A stretch of DNA of 64,000 bases from an uncultured virus (IMG/VR IMGVR_UViG_3300009528_000001) (IMGVR_UViG_3300009528_000001), one strand, 5' to 3'; numbered from the stretch's first letter, positions 48,108-60,463 are shown. The notes: generated from the letters alone by a model not told the origin. Program-made: numbers and translations.

Positions 48108-50498
48108 ATGAAATCATTAGCACCCGACATAGCCGGTTTATTTTCAGTCTTCGGTGGCGCTCGTCCCCGAATATTGGTTGAAATAGTTACCACCGGAGGC
48201 ACAAAATTCTATTCCGATCAACATATATTTGTAGATGGGCAAGGTTATGAAGCACGTATTTTATCTTGGGGCCGCATGAGTATGGAACTTGGGCTGGGAG
48301 AAGATTTTATAAAGGAAGGTAGAGTTCCCATAAAATTATCAAATTATGTACCCAGAATTTCCGATGACATTGATGCCGGGGATGCAGTATCCATATATAT
48401 CTGGGATTTGGGAGCCGCTGTAGGATCAAAATTCAAAATATTCGAGGGGACTGTTAATGATGATATTATTGCAGGATATGAGGAATTTTCCTTCACTTGC
48501 ACAGATGTAAGCGCAAAATACAATAAACTTATTGGGGATAGGCTAGATATAGCAACCTATCCCGCTGCCGATCCCAACGATATTGGCAAGATTCAAAATA
48601 TACCCTATGGTTTAAATAAAAATGTTCGCTGCCTGGCAATCGAGGCTGGGGCGGCAAGCACTATAAGTGCAGACCATGATGATTCCCAAACAACATTCAA
48701 TATAACAGATACGACAAGGTTTCCCAGTTCTGATTCAAGCGCCGATCCTGCCGAGGCATTTATTGGTGATGAAAAGATTTCATGGACGGGCAAGACAGCA
48801 ACAACATTAACCGGCGTTACTCGGGGCATTGACGGAACAACGGCAACATCACATTCATATGGGGATGCCATTTTACAAGCAGTAGAAACAGTAACTTATC
48901 AGGCATCCGAACGCATTGCCAAATCTCTTTTAAATGCGGCCATAGTTCCTTGGGGATCACCAAAAGAAGAAAAGGTCTCGGTTGATGACTTTGCCACTTA
49001 TAGAGTTGATGATTTTGGCATCGCCACCATAGAACTATCACAATTACCTCAAATAAGAAAAAAAGTCGATATTGCCGTCACCCAGCAGCCAGATCAGCCG
49101 GTAACTTCCGAGGGCACTCATATTCATACTGGTTCAATCGCTGGCAATTCTCAGGTAACGATAAATGCTGATGCTATTGATTCTCAATCAGGCGTCACTA
49201 ATCCAGGTAATGCTTTTGATCAAAATTCGGATACTTTTGCATCATTGGTGGCTGGATCAACTGCCCTTTTGGGATTGCAGTTTAGCTTTGCCGCGTTTGA
49301 TGGATTAACAATAAAAAAAGCAACCGCTGTTATTCACCATCAGGCAGCATCTGGGGGATGGACGAATTATAGGGTTGATCTCGTTGGGAAATCATATACT
49401 CAAACGTTGGCCTCCAGTGCAGTTCCGGGAATAATTCAAAAATTTGAAGTTTCTGCATTGGTAAATGAAACCGACTGGTCTGAACTTGATGGATTGCGTG
49501 TTTTTGCCAGCGATGCAGGTGGTGTATCTGTTCGTTTATATGATTTGCACTGGGAGATTGAATATGTACCTGCCGTTACCATCAATACACATGCTGCTGA
49601 CGACATATCAACCAGCCCTCGAACAACAAATGCAGCATTAGGTGGAGATTCCGTAGCTGCATCCCTTGGCGGATATTGTGTATGCGATATTGAAGGTGAA
49701 CCAGATATCGCAGGGCATTGGACGGGCTCAGGTACGGATTTAATAGAAAAACCAGTTGATGTAATCCATCACATTCTGGAGACTTTTACTAATGGTCCTG
49801 TTGCCCATGCCAATATCGATATATCCGGATCATTCGCAGATGCCGAAGCAGAACATCCAAACATGGATAAATGGGGTTTTGTTATTACGCAACAGATTTG
49901 GGTGAATGAATTATTAACATATCTTGCTCAACAATTCTTTTCCCGGTTTATTTGGGAGGCAGGTATTGCAAAATTAAATCATATAAGAATAAACTCATCA
50001 AGTGTAAACGACAAATCAATTGACACTGAGTGGGATTCCATAAAAAGGAATAGCAAATTAACAGTCAAGGAAGATAGATGGGGCAAAGACCGCGTATGGA
50101 ATGATATCACAATTAACTTTGATTTAGACTTAGTCTTATCCGAAGGTAACTGGTTTGCCAATGATAATTATAATCAGAATACACAAGATGAAGATGCAAC
50201 TTCAATAACAGCAAATGGCCGCCAAACGCGCGTTTTTAATGCCTTTGCAATTGGCGACAATTCCAGTTATGCCGATGATTTAAGAGATAAATTATTAATA
50301 TTTTATAAATTGAACAGGAAATGGAATTCTTTTAAATCTTGGACAAAATTGATTGACCTGGAGCGTGGTGATGAAGTTGATATAACAACACCACAATTGG
50401 GATTAGCGTCCTTTGATGCTGAAATTGTGAATATTGAAATTGATTTACCTAGACGTGGCCAATCATTAATTCCTATAATTACTGCATTAGAAATTTAA
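48108..50498 (+). CDS. Tail tip/baseplate hub protein
   Basis: Position and size; IPYG, VTRGIDGTTA..H and LERGD motifs. Confidence 0.75.
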   Translation: MKSLAPDIAGLFSVFGGARPRILVEIVTTGGTKFYSDQHIFVDGQGYEARILSWGRMSMELGLGEDFIKEGRVPIKLSNYVPRISDDIDAGDAVSIYIWDLGAAVGSKFKIFEGTVNDDIIAGYEEFSFTCTDVSAKYNKLIGDRLDIATYPAADPNDIGKIQNIPYGLNKNVRCLAIEAGAASTISADHDDSQTTFNITDTTRFPSSDSSADPAEAFIGDEKISWTGKTATTLTGVTRGIDGTTATSHSYGDAILQAVETVTYQASERIAKSLLNAAIVPWGSPKEEKVSVDDFATYRVDDFGIATIELSQLPQIRKKVDIAVTQQPDQPVTSEGTHIHTGSIAGNSQVTINADAIDSQSGVTNPGNAFDQNSDTFASLVAGSTALLGLQFSFAAFDGLTIKKATAVIHHQAASGGWTNYRVDLVGKSYTQTLASSAVPGIIQKFEVSALVNETDWSELDGLRVFASDAGGVSVRLYDLHWEIEYVPAVTINTHAADDISTSPRTTNAALGGDSVAASLGGYCVCDIEGEPDIAGHWTGSGTDLIEKPVDVIHHILETFTNGPVAHANIDISGSFADAEAEHPNMDKWGFVITQQIWVNELLTYLAQQFFSRFIWEAGIAKLNHIRINSSSVNDKSIDTEWDSIKRNSKLTVKEDRWGKDRVWNDITINFDLDLVLSEGNWFANDNYNQNTQDEDATSITANGRQTRVFNAFAIGDNSSYADDLRDKLLIFYKLNRKWNSFKSWTKLIDLERGDEVDITTPQLGLASFDAEIVNIEIDLPRRGQSLIPIITALEI

Positions 50499-50871
50499 TT
50501 ATATCAAATTATCACATTTAATTGTAAAATTTCACAATCATCTCAATTTTAATTTTTACCAGGTATTAATCCTGAATATAGGATTACCTGTCTAATCCCT
50601 GCAAGTTAGTGAATTCCACCCCTGGTTGTGGGATAGCCGCGTATTTTGAGAATTAAATCCCCGATGAAGATGCTCTTAAATTCGCAAAATTACTGATAAT
50701 TAAAGCGGAGATTTAATTATTACAAATATACTTCGAGTGACTTTGTTCATCTATTACGTGAATAAAAGAGTTCTGGGTATACTATAAATTCTCATCGAGG
50801 TACAATTCCTGAAAATGTTGAACAAGAAAAGCCCACCAGAGAACTCCACTTCCCCGATGGACTTATCTTAA

Positions 50872-51138
50872 TTATTCTTTTATCTTCTTTTGTTCATTGT
50901 TTGCGTTTCGAACAAAATCAATGTTTGGTGTTTTTATACCCACCGCTTTGTTATATTCGAGTTCCAGTTTAACAGAAGAAATTATCTTGCCAGAAGCATT
51001 GACAATTGCATTTAGATTGGCCGGTGTTGTTTCTCCTTTCCGTATTTTTGAAATTTCCTCGCAGAGCACATTTCTCAACTCCACCACGTTTGTAAGATCA
51101 ACGGGCATTGTTTTTTGTCTTTCTTCCACCCTTATCAC
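50872..51138 (-). CDS. Small helical protein (paralogue of 22292-22498)
   Basis: NAIVNASGKIISSVKLELEYN. Confidence 0.65.
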   Translation of the reverse strand: MIRVEERQKTMPVDLTNVVELRNVLCEEISKIRKGETTPANLNAIVNASGKIISSVKLELEYNKAVGIKTPNIDFVRNANNEQKKIKE

Positions 51139-51695
51139 CTCCTTTCTTTTTTAGCTAGTAGTACTATTTTGTGCAATGATATTAGTTCTTTTGGGATATC
51201 ACCACGTTCCAAATCAGAATCTTTTGTTAATTGTTTTATTATGTAATTTTCTATATTTTTTTCACAATATTCATCATTGTATTTCTTTCTTCTAGCCCAA
51301 CGTTTTTTGTATGAGCGCTTTCCACTTTCAACAATGGCTGCTTTATGTTGATGATAATATTCGCTATCATATCTTTTGTTATATTCTTTTCCAGCTGTTT
51401 GTCGTTCTGGGGTATTTCGGTATTCGGCATTGTGTTTATTTCTACATTTTTTGCAGTGGCTATTTTTGCCATCTCCAGAACTTTTATTAAGATGGAACTC
51501 TTTTAGTGATTGCTCCTTTTTGCATTTAGTACAAAATTTGTATTCAGGTTTATAAATGTAGATACCAGGTCGCCACCCTCTTGCAGTAGTCCTTACTAGA
51601 AAATATCCCCTAAAATTAATTATCAACGAAATCACCATATCGCATATTAATCCAAGGAGAGTTGTTTTATATTTTGTGCAAACCTTATTTTCCAT
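51135..51695 (-). CDS. CxxC Zn-finger protein (paralogue of 22518-23120)
   Basis: MENKVC, CTKCKKEQSLKEFH...CKKC, C-terminal IPKELI. Confidence 0.7.
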   Translation of the reverse strand: MENKVCTKYKTTLLGLICDMVISLIINFRGYFLVRTTARGWRPGIYIYKPEYKFCTKCKKEQSLKEFHLNKSSGDGKNSHCKKCRNKHNAEYRNTPERQTAGKEYNKRYDSEYYHQHKAAIVESGKRSYKKRWARRKKYNDEYCEKNIENYIIKQLTKDSDLERGDIPKELISLHKIVLLAKKERR

Positions 51696-52862
51696 TACAA
51701 GTACACATCTTCTTTTCCGCATTTCCCTGGATCGGTCATGGGATACAAGTTTTTTGCGAATTCCATCTGGTGGAATTTTAACTTTCCTTCATTCCCGCGC
51801 CCTTGCTATCGGGTGGGGATCCCCGGCTTTAGGTGCCTAAGCTCTTCAGCCGGCCTCGTTTCCCGCGCCCACCATGGCCGGGAATTCTTATTTCCCCCGA
51901 TCCCTCAACGTCTCAAGCTCTAGGTCAGTTATCTTTTCCAGTGCCATCATGGAAACTGAGCGAGCGCTGCCGTCTGGTAGTTCGGCATAGAAACCCTTTT
52001 TCGTCCTGCCAACCGTCAGATCCTTAAATCTACCCTTATTGGGAGAGCACTTCTCCATTATGCGCAGAGCACTAGGGTGTGCGTTTGTCATCTTTATTTT
52101 GCCATGCTTCATTTTAGCCCCTTAAAAAGTTCTTCTTTCAGTTGCAAATATACTGAATTCTTCATGATTTATTATTCTCTTTTTCTGTAATTTAAGCCAA
52201 CCGCATGCAACATTAACTGGCAGGGGAGTTCTTAATTTTTCCCACAAAAGGTTTATCTTTTTCCGATACCATTGTTTTATCAAGTTCTTCTATAAATCCA
52301 AGAAACTGCTTTTTAATGCCTGCGGCCTCTATTGCCATATTATTATCTCTGATAGTTACCACATACTCAGAAAATTTTAATACCATGATGTTAGTGAGAA
52401 TGTTAACTTTCAATTCTGGTGGAAAAGCTGTTAGTGTTTCTTTAACTCCATCCAAAAAAGCACTAAGTCCTTTAAACAAGTCATCATTTAAAGAATCAAG
52501 AAACTTATCAAATTTATCTGAGTTCTCTCCATCGGCATTCACTTTAATTCCTCCTAATTTAAGTTTCCCGGCCCCGATCGGCGGGGACATTTTGTAGGAT
52601 TCGGCCAACCGGGACCGGGGGGATTCTTGCGGAAATTGTGTAAGATTTACTTTTTGCTTACGGAATTCTATTATCCCTCAAGAAATAAACACAATATCAT
52701 TTGTTGAAACTTCGTATATTTGCCCATCTTTACTTTCTACAAGAGCAAATTTTTCTAGTCCATGTTCTTGGTCACCGCATTGAGCCCATTCGTGAAACAA
52801 TCCATCAGCATAGGATCGATTTAATACAGTACAGTATCTAACTTTTCTTAAATCACTTTTTT

Positions 52863-54338
52863 TCATGACTTCCCCCCCTCCCCGTAAACCCCCTGTTCTT
52901 TGAATATCTCATCCAATACCGAAAGACTTTCTTCTTCCATCTCCGCAGCAAGAATCCTTTCAATGGGTTTTTCCATGCGATCATTAAGCAATTCCAGGAG
53001 CTTGGGCTTTTGTAATGCATCTACTTCAAATAGCCAAGTCTTCTTTATTTTGTTTCTGATCACTTCGATATCTATTTTTTGTGGCTCCTTATTCTTTTCA
53101 ATGCTCTTTAAATGGTCGATAATTTCATTACCCTGCTTTTTTGTCAGGTCTTTCATGCTTTTAAGGCTCAATAGTTTAACAATACCCGCCGACTTTGCCC
53201 TGACAACGTCATGATCAGTTATCCCCTCAGTGATCTTGTAAAGGGCATGGATGGCTTTAATCTGGTCAGCACTTATGAGGGGGTCTATGATCCTTTTAAT
53301 GGTTTCTAGGCCATTCTGGAGGTCAATAAGATTCATGTTCTCAACAGCAGTCCATGAACCGGTTTTGAAAACATGTTTTATTATTCTTGCTTTTTCTGTT
53401 TTGTCCTTTGCGGTTGTGGAAGGATACTTCTCAACCAAACATGCCATTATCTCTTCAAGAGCAATTTTTTTATCCTTTTGTTCAATCTGCCAATCGGGAC
53501 GGCCTTGGTGGTCAAATCTACCTTCAGAGTTGCGATCAGTATTTATTCCCAAATGTTTCCCGCCGATATTAAGGGCCACGAAATGCGGTTCAAAAGATTT
53601 AAAAGTGGGATAATCAAAAGACTGTCCATTAATAAGATCAAAACGATCTTTCATGACATGGCATCGATGAATCCATTGACTACCTTCTTTCGGTTTAAAT
53701 GTTTGCCGTGCTGCCCTGGTTTTTAATTTGCTGATTTCTTCTTCATTGGCCGAAACGCGCTCCATATCTAATACAAGCGAAGGCTCAAACCCGAATTCGT
53801 TTTCAACCTTCATTTTTACACCGGTCTTGATGAGGTCTTTGTTCCCTCGTTCATCGAAAGTGTAATCATATTCAAACCCGGCACGCCCGCAGACAATTAT
53901 ATGTAGCCTGGAATTGACAAACAAATCTGTATATTTATGCCATTCTTTTTTGATGATCGCCCAATCTTGAAATTGAAGCCGTCCGTTTCTTTTTAATTTC
54001 TCGTCATAAGATTCACATAAATCTCTCCAGACATGAGTTATGGAATCTATTATCAATACTTTTATCTTGTTTGTTTGGCATTCTTCAATTGTAGTCAATA
54101 AATCCGTAAAAGACCTGCTTTTGATGTTTAATAATTCTATCCCCGCTTTTTTAAATTTGGCGATAAGAAAGTCTGAGCCTGTTTCTGTGTCGAAAAAAGC
54201 TACTTGTTTCGTTTTCTCAAGTTCACATATCCCGATGGCTATTTCTGCCGCTGTAAAAGATTTTCCGGCACCAGAAAAACCAAGAATTCCCACTTTTCCA
54301 TATGCCTGTTCAAGCGTTGCTTTTTTTAATAATGCCAT
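52863..54338 (-). CDS. Sak4-like P-loop ATPase (single-strand annealing family)
   Basis: GFSGAGKS Walker A, FFDTE, VLIIDSITH Walker B, KDR. Confidence 0.78.
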   Translation of the reverse strand: MALLKKATLEQAYGKVGILGFSGAGKSFTAAEIAIGICELEKTKQVAFFDTETGSDFLIAKFKKAGIELLNIKSRSFTDLLTTIEECQTNKIKVLIIDSITHVWRDLCESYDEKLKRNGRLQFQDWAIIKKEWHKYTDLFVNSRLHIIVCGRAGFEYDYTFDERGNKDLIKTGVKMKVENEFGFEPSLVLDMERVSANEEEISKLKTRAARQTFKPKEGSQWIHRCHVMKDRFDLINGQSFDYPTFKSFEPHFVALNIGGKHLGINTDRNSEGRFDHQGRPDWQIEQKDKKIALEEIMACLVEKYPSTTAKDKTEKARIIKHVFKTGSWTAVENMNLIDLQNGLETIKRIIDPLISADQIKAIHALYKITEGITDHDVVRAKSAGIVKLLSLKSMKDLTKKQGNEIIDHLKSIEKNKEPQKIDIEVIRNKIKKTWLFEVDALQKPKLLELLNDRMEKPIERILAAEMEEESLSVLDEIFKEQGVYGEGGKS

Positions 54339-54371
54339 AACATCTCCTTTATTTTGATTCCTGGCGGGTGC

Positions 54372-54797
54372 TCATTGTTTTTCCTTTACGTTATTCATGT
54401 GGTCGATCAGATCATTCATGTGCTTTTTCTTTGAATCAATTTGCTTAGAAAGTTTTTCTATTTCTCTTTTGTAATCAGATATATGCTCTTTGTATTTTTC
54501 AATTAATGCTTTTGAGGGGGTTAAATAATATTTTTCCCCTTTGTGAAAACAGTCATAAGATTCATCATCATGATTTTTCATATCTACATATTCAAAACTG
54601 TCTGATTCATGATCAGAAGATTTTATTATTATTTCACATGGTTCACTTCCGTGGTCACAGCAAAGACATTGAATTTCATATAAAACAGAACTTTGTCTTT
54701 TTATTTCTGCTACGACTTTATACTCCCCTATTTTACCAAAAGTGAAATAGTGATAAATCTTATCGTTTATTTTTAATCTATTTTTAAAACCTTTCAT
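54372..54797 (-). CDS. Phage hypothetical protein
   Basis: RBS AGGAG before MKGFKN; C-terminal coiled coil. Confidence 0.6.
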   Translation of the reverse strand: MKGFKNRLKINDKIYHYFTFGKIGEYKVVAEIKRQSSVLYEIQCLCCDHGSEPCEIIIKSSDHESDSFEYVDMKNHDDESYDCFHKGEKYYLTPSKALIEKYKEHISDYKREIEKLSKQIDSKKKHMNDLIDHMNNVKEKQ

Positions 54798-54975
54798 GTC
54801 AATAATCACTCCTTTCTGGCTTATTTTCCCTTTCTTCCCCGTCTTCCCAATGACCCAAGCACAGCCCGTCCCGAACCGCCTCCGAGGTGCATAATTCGCA
54901 TTGGTCCTCATCGGGGACGTGGTGTTCGTTAAGGTCGGGATCGTAAATGTAGCCTGGCATTAAATAATCCTGTGG

Positions 54976-55374
54976 TTATTCGCATTTAATGGCATAAACC
55001 GGCGTTTCTTTGGTGGAGACTTGGACTATTTCGCATGTTGACCCCTCCACCAATGCGGTTATAACTATGGACACATCACCCCTGTACACCTCCCAATTTA
55101 GCCCTGTTTGTATTGGGCTGATTGTGCCTCCTTTTTCTTTCTGGTGAAACCCATTAGCTGCGAGTTTTGTAAGCACACTTGACATCCCCTTCATTGGTGA
55201 ACCTACTGAAACGCTGCACCAATGCGTGAGGAAAGATCCGTGTACTCTAATGTGTCCAAAGGTATAATTGTAATTTTCCAGAAGCGATGCGGCTAATTCA
55301 AGCGAAGGTTTATGTTTTTGGATACAAAAAATATTTTCTCGTAAGTCCAGTATTTCCTTTTCAATGCTGTTCAT
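54976..55374 (-). CDS. Phage hypothetical protein
   Basis: 132-aa ORF in the leftward operon, RBS AAGGA. Confidence 0.6.
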   Translation of the reverse strand: MNSIEKEILDLRENIFCIQKHKPSLELAASLLENYNYTFGHIRVHGSFLTHWCSVSVGSPMKGMSSVLTKLAANGFHQKEKGGTISPIQTGLNWEVYRGDVSIVITALVEGSTCEIVQVSTKETPVYAIKCE

Positions 55375-56428
55375 TTTTATTCCTTTATTTTATTGTAGTA
55401 TTCGTCAAGTTCCTTGTCATGGATGTAGCCTGGTTTTGGCATTATTCCATCCCTAAAGGAGCCTTTTGATTGTTTTTGTAATCTGTGACTTGACACCACT
55501 CTTATCCATGAGAGAATCACCTTTGTATGCGTCGTTTATCCATCTGTAGATTGCATTGCTTATTTCCCTTGCCTTGGTGAGCCTGGCTTTGTTGTAAGTT
55601 TCTAACGCAGAGGATTGTTTGCCATAATTACATTCCTCATAAAAACCATATACACATGTTTCTGTTTTATCATAACAACGACAAGGATATTCTTCATCTT
55701 GAAAAAAACACGGTTTATCCATCTTATCATTCCCCTGTCTCGTCTTGTATCTCAAGAGCAGCGGGGATTTTCGCAAAAAGGCGGAAATCGTATGACATGA
55801 CAAGCTCCCCGACCGCCTCTTCTTTATTGAAAGAGGAACATGCCGGAATACTGGTTCCGGGAACCGAGACGATGTAAATGTCCTCGGCCAGATCGTTTCC
55901 TTTTGTTATTTTTATTTTCATGTTTCCCTCACCAGCAAAAAAACCAATCCAAAAGAGCCCCTACAAAAAGCCAGAATAAAAGCTTAAGTGCAACGTACCA
56001 AGTACCTGATCAATAAAATATTTCATAATTTTCCATGGTTTATCCTTTCATTTTATGCACCAGGATAATAAGGTTCAACCCAGTTAGGTATAAAATCAGT
56101 GAATTTAGCTCCCCATACCTAAACAGCCTTGATCTGCTTAGGAATTGATAGCTAGGATTTTTTATAACACCACCTGCTCCCCCGTCCTCTTTTCTACAAT
56201 GAGTATATTTATGGCAATTTGAGTTATTGTCCATATTTCCACAACAATGCTAATAATTGCCGCTTTCCACCAAGGTACTTGTGCGAATGTAGCTATACAA
56301 GAAATTGTTATTATAAATAAAACATTCCGCAGTCTTGAATTGCGCTGTTCTTTTTTATTTAGCTTGGATTTTTGTCTCATCTTCCCCTCCTGTTAATTTC
56401 CTCACAATCCTACCAATCTATAAAAAGC

Positions 56429-57181
56429 TTAACCCAATTCGTCAATCTTTCTTTTTAGGTCTTTTTTCTTTTTTTCTCTTTCTTGTTCTTTGTGCTTGTT
56501 GTACTGCTTTATATATTTATTATCCAACGTAATTTCGTGTTTTTTTGCTTCTCTCATGGCATATTCTCCCCGGTCATTATTAAACAAATCCTCCAACTTC
56601 TCCTTGAAGAATTCCAACGCCTCTTCCTTTGACGCAAAAGGCGTTCCCTGCCAATAAGAATCATTAATCTTTACTAATAAAACAGCCGCCCTATTACTCC
56701 CAGATTCAAGCCTTAAATCAAGCGTTGATTTATAAATATTGTCAAAAGAATGTATTGATGCACAATACTGATTGTAAGTAACAACGAAAGCAATTTTATC
56801 GGTAAAATAATCCGTCAATAAAGAAGGATTGCTGATAAATGACCCAACTTTTTTTATGGCGCGAGCAATTACCATGTCATCATTATTCAGCTCGTTCTTG
56901 ACGAGCCTTAACTCTTTTACTAAGTCCATTAACTCGTTGGTTAGTTTTCGTCTTCTTGATTTTTGCTCGAATATTTCCTTTTTTAAGCTAGCGATCTCCG
57001 TATGATATGATTGCACTGGAGGCATGTCCAATACTTCTTTCGCTGAGATAACTATGATATTTTCGTAATAACAAGAGCATTCACCATCCTCACAATATAA
57101 TAGGGGCCTAACGACCAATAAACCACTCGTTGTTTCATGCTCTACTGTTATTTCCCGCCCGTCTTTGAGATATTTTTTCAT
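56429..57181 (-). CDS. Phage hypothetical coiled-coil protein
   Basis: 250-aa ORF with RBS GGAGGGG. Confidence 0.7.
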   Translation of the reverse strand: MKKYLKDGREITVEHETTSGLLVVRPLLYCEDGECSCYYENIIVISAKEVLDMPPVQSYHTEIASLKKEIFEQKSRRRKLTNELMDLVKELRLVKNELNNDDMVIARAIKKVGSFISNPSLLTDYFTDKIAFVVTYNQYCASIHSFDNIYKSTLDLRLESGSNRAAVLLVKINDSYWQGTPFASKEEALEFFKEKLEDLFNNDRGEYAMREAKKHEITLDNKYIKQYNKHKEQEREKKKKDLKRKIDELG

Positions 57182-57563
57182 CTTCCCCTCCGGTTAAGTT
57201 CCGTTCCATTGACACTCCACGTCTGCCCACTGACGGGGCGGAGATTGAGGGTTAATCGCCGTTATACGCCTTTTCCAAATTCTCGACCGGAAGATTTACA
57301 AACTCCCTTCCTCCTCTGGGATAAACCGTATTCTTTGAAGCGAACAATCAATCATGATTATTTTGTGTCCATTATCGCCCATTCGGGTACTAAGACCAAA
57401 ACCAGTTTCTGTCCCCTCCCTTCCCTTCACAACTTCATCATAAATTATCCGGGTTAGATATTGCTCGTCATTCCATCGCCATCTCTTTGCAAGGGCTCTT
57501 TGAACCCGCCCGGCTAATTCATATCCGCCCCAATGTGTGTAAATCCAAACACCTGCAGTATCA

Positions 57564-57926
57564 CTATTCTTTATTACGACATTCGCCCTTAGTTAATCTA
57601 AATTCTTTAAGGGCGGCTTTAAAACCGATCAATTCTATAGAAGAAAGAAAATTAATGAATTCTGAATCAGGATCAAACCATTCTCCATGAATCCTTCTGT
57701 CTTTGATCATTTCATGTAATATTTCTTCCTCTTCTTCAAACCCCTCAAAAGCTATCAATAGTTTTAATTTATCGGGAGAACTAGATTGAATAGCCTTTAT
57801 TCTTGCCTTCATTCGGGTTGTGCGCCCTATCTTAATCCTGTGAGTCATTTCACCTAAGAGCACGTAAATAAACGATTTTCCTTTAGGTTTTATTCTCATT
57901 TTATTGGTCAATCTTGGTATTTTCAC
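57564..57926 (-). CDS. GIY-YIG (T5orf172/MUG113-like) protein
   Basis: FIYV...IKIGRT...RIKAIQ...LH...RIHGEWF. Confidence 0.85.
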   Translation of the reverse strand: MKIPRLTNKMRIKPKGKSFIYVLLGEMTHRIKIGRTTRMKARIKAIQSSSPDKLKLLIAFEGFEEEEEILHEMIKDRRIHGEWFDPDSEFINFLSSIELIGFKAALKEFRLTKGECRNKE

Positions 57927-57953
57927 AATGGTTTAATTCCCAATCACAAACTT

Positions 57954-58026
57954 ACTCTACCAAAAACAATTCATTTTGTCAAATATTATTTTAAACATTG
58001 ACAAGATAAATAATAAATGGTATAAC
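57954..58026. promoter_or_regulatory. Back-to-back divergent promoters
   Basis: Rightward TTGACA(57998)-17-TATAAC; leftward TTGACA(57982)-17-TAGAGT. Confidence 0.65.
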
Positions 58027-58054
58027 TTAAGAAATTAACTTAAAGGAGGGTAAG

Positions 58055-58243
58055 ATGGCGCTTAAACATGATGTGAACGATTTTAAGACAATAATAGTAA
58101 GAGATGTCCCGTTGTGGCTAGATTATGTTGTCGAGCAAAGAATGAGGGATGAAAATTTCAAGGGAAATAAGAATGACTTCATGCTTGAAATGATTCATAA
58201 AGCATGTGATGGCACTGAAGTCTACCAGAAGATGAAGAAATAA
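58055..58243 (+). CDS. RHH-like regulator
   Basis: TIIVRDVP..L...NKNDFMLEMI; first gene after the promoter; RBS GGAGG. Confidence 0.5.
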   Translation: MALKHDVNDFKTIIVRDVPLWLDYVVEQRMRDENFKGNKNDFMLEMIHKACDGTEVYQKMKK

Positions 58244-58911
58244 TGGAGGTAATTTTAGGGTCATGGGAAACCGATATTATGAAACAAACAATAACAGTCT
58301 GCGATCACTGCCTAATGGCAAGCTGTTGGCAAGGTATTTTTATGTGCAATGAAAGTCTGGAGGCGGGAACGGTTGAAAAGACAGTGGAAGAACTTAAGGA
58401 ATTAGCACTTGAGTCTGAAAGCTTCTGGGATATTGATCCTGATACGATGGTTGCCCGGTCATGGAGTTGATAATGAGTGAAATTATTCACAAAACAGATG
58501 ACCGACATGCCGATGATTGTAAATGCCCAGAATGCTTTGATGGTAAATGTACAAACACAGAACCGGTATTTTCAACCCCCAAGGGTGCCGTTTATCGTTC
58601 TGAGTGCAATGACGATTGTCAAAATTGTGAATACTGGGTGGAGGTAAAATGAAAATAAAACAATTAGAACCTGGGAAGCTTAAACAATTCATAGACGAAC
58701 TTACCGAAGCTTGGGATCATAATTATGGGACAATGAGTTATTCTGGCGCAATTAATGGCGAGCCGGAGGAATGGTCACTAGAACTGTCAACTGGCGGATG
58801 GTCTCACAATGAGGACATTATAGAAGATTTACAGAAGTACAACTTCTTCTGGTTTATCTATTGGCAGAAATCCGAGCGAGGTGGTCATTACTGTTTCGGT
58901 CCGGGGGAGAA

Positions 58912-59487
58912 ATGAAAACCATCAGCATCCAGCGCCCCTGGCCGGAGGCCATTTTCCGGGAAGAGAAAACCATCGAATGCCGGAGTTGGAAGACTGATTA
59001 TCGCGGGACTCTCGCCATTCACGTTTCGCAAAAAGCTTGGTGTGATAATTTGTTTGACGAAAGTTATTATCAAGTAAAGGGCAAGATTGTCGGAACGGTT
59101 GAGCTCATAAATATTATTGAGTTTTTTGGACAAAATACTTTCCATTACTTTAATGATATGCATTTGATCCCCATGGGAAACTGGACAAAATACGGATGGG
59201 TTCTTGAAAACCCGGTAAGATTTGCAACTCCGATACCCTATAGGGGGAAGTTGGGGTTGTGGGAATCACCCCGGCATGCTGATTTGTGCAAACATGCCAG
59301 TGCTTTTGAACGCGGTTTACTGGACTCTACTCATTGTTGTGGAGTTGATGTAGTGTCAGATGATGGCAAAACGTGGTTTGAGTCTATCGACGATGTTAGG
59401 ATGATAAACGCCGATGGGGGCGGTTGCGATGATTACGAGAGGTGGGAGAAGAATGGACACGACAGAACTAAATATAAAGATGTGTGA
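58912..59487 (+). CDS. ASCH domain protein
   Basis: MKTISIQRPW...EKTIECRSW.T.YRG.LAIH...G.IVG.VEL...RGKLGLW. Confidence 0.88.
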   Translation: MKTISIQRPWPEAIFREEKTIECRSWKTDYRGTLAIHVSQKAWCDNLFDESYYQVKGKIVGTVELINIIEFFGQNTFHYFNDMHLIPMGNWTKYGWVLENPVRFATPIPYRGKLGLWESPRHADLCKHASAFERGLLDSTHCCGVDVVSDDGKTWFESIDDVRMINADGGGCDDYERWEKNGHDRTKYKDV

Positions 59488-59982
59488 GAAGGCGGTTGAG
59501 GTTCAGGAATTGTGGAAACCTGTAGTCGGTGATTATGTTGCATTGTCACGATTTCCAGGACAAGGGTTTCTCTTGGAAATAAAAACAAAAGGACATGAAG
59601 CTCGGCCGCTTTATCAAGTAGAACATGGGTTTAATAATCAATACAGATCGGAATTGATTTGGCTCCCAAGACAGGATCAGTTGCAGGATATGTTAAAGGA
59701 AAAACTTCCTATTTTTTCAGACAAGGGCTTGACGAAGCTTCTAAATATCTTTACCGATAGCGTTTTGTTAAAGACATTAGAGATTGGAATAATAAGGAAA
59801 ATGTCTTTCGAACAATTATGGTTAGCCTTTGTCATGGAAGAGAAGTTCAATCTCACCTGGAACGGAGAGGATTGGGAGGCGAGATGACAAGAGAAGAGGC
59901 AAAAGAAGTATTTGGAATGAGGGTTTCCCGCTTGAGGACTGTGAGCTTGTAGATATTTGACACCCCTTTTGAAAGGAAGATT

Positions 59983-60303
59983 ATGACTAGAGGCGAGAAA
60001 ATAAAACAACGGCGGCTTGATTTAAAGCTGAGTCAACGACAATTGGGGAAAATGACAGGTATAACAGCCGCATTCATGTGCCAAATCGAGAAAGGGAACC
60101 GGTCTTTTTCTATTGATATTCTAATAAAATTATCAAAAGCCCTTAACTTGCCCCCTGAAAGAATAATTTCTTTTGAATTGCCAGAAGAAAAGCCCCAACT
60201 TGACAGGATTGAAGAGAAGTTGAAAACCATATTAGATTTTCTTGAACAAAACTACCCTAACTCTATTTCAAATTATGACATTCAATTAAAGAAAGAAACT
60301 TGA
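59983..60303 (+). CDS. XRE family HTH regulator
   Basis: IKQRR...LSQRQLG...MCQIEKGNR. Confidence 0.88.
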   Translation: MTRGEKIKQRRLDLKLSQRQLGKMTGITAAFMCQIEKGNRSFSIDILIKLSKALNLPPERIISFELPEEKPQLDRIEEKLKTILDFLEQNYPNSISNYDIQLKKET

Positions 60304-60338
60304 CACCCCTTTTTTTACGAGATAGAAAGGATAATACA

Positions 60339-60463
60339 ATGAGACCCTATCGACCAATATCACCAGGAGAAATTCTCAAGGAAGAGCTTGATGCCCGACA
60401 TTGGGATGAAAAAATACTTGGGGCAATCATTAATAGGTCTGTTCAATATGTAATAAATATTAA
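60339..60463 (+). pseudogene. HigA-like antitoxin 5' fragment truncated by IS
   Basis: MRPYRPISPGEILKEELDARHW...INRSVQYVINI runs into the IS end. Confidence 0.75.
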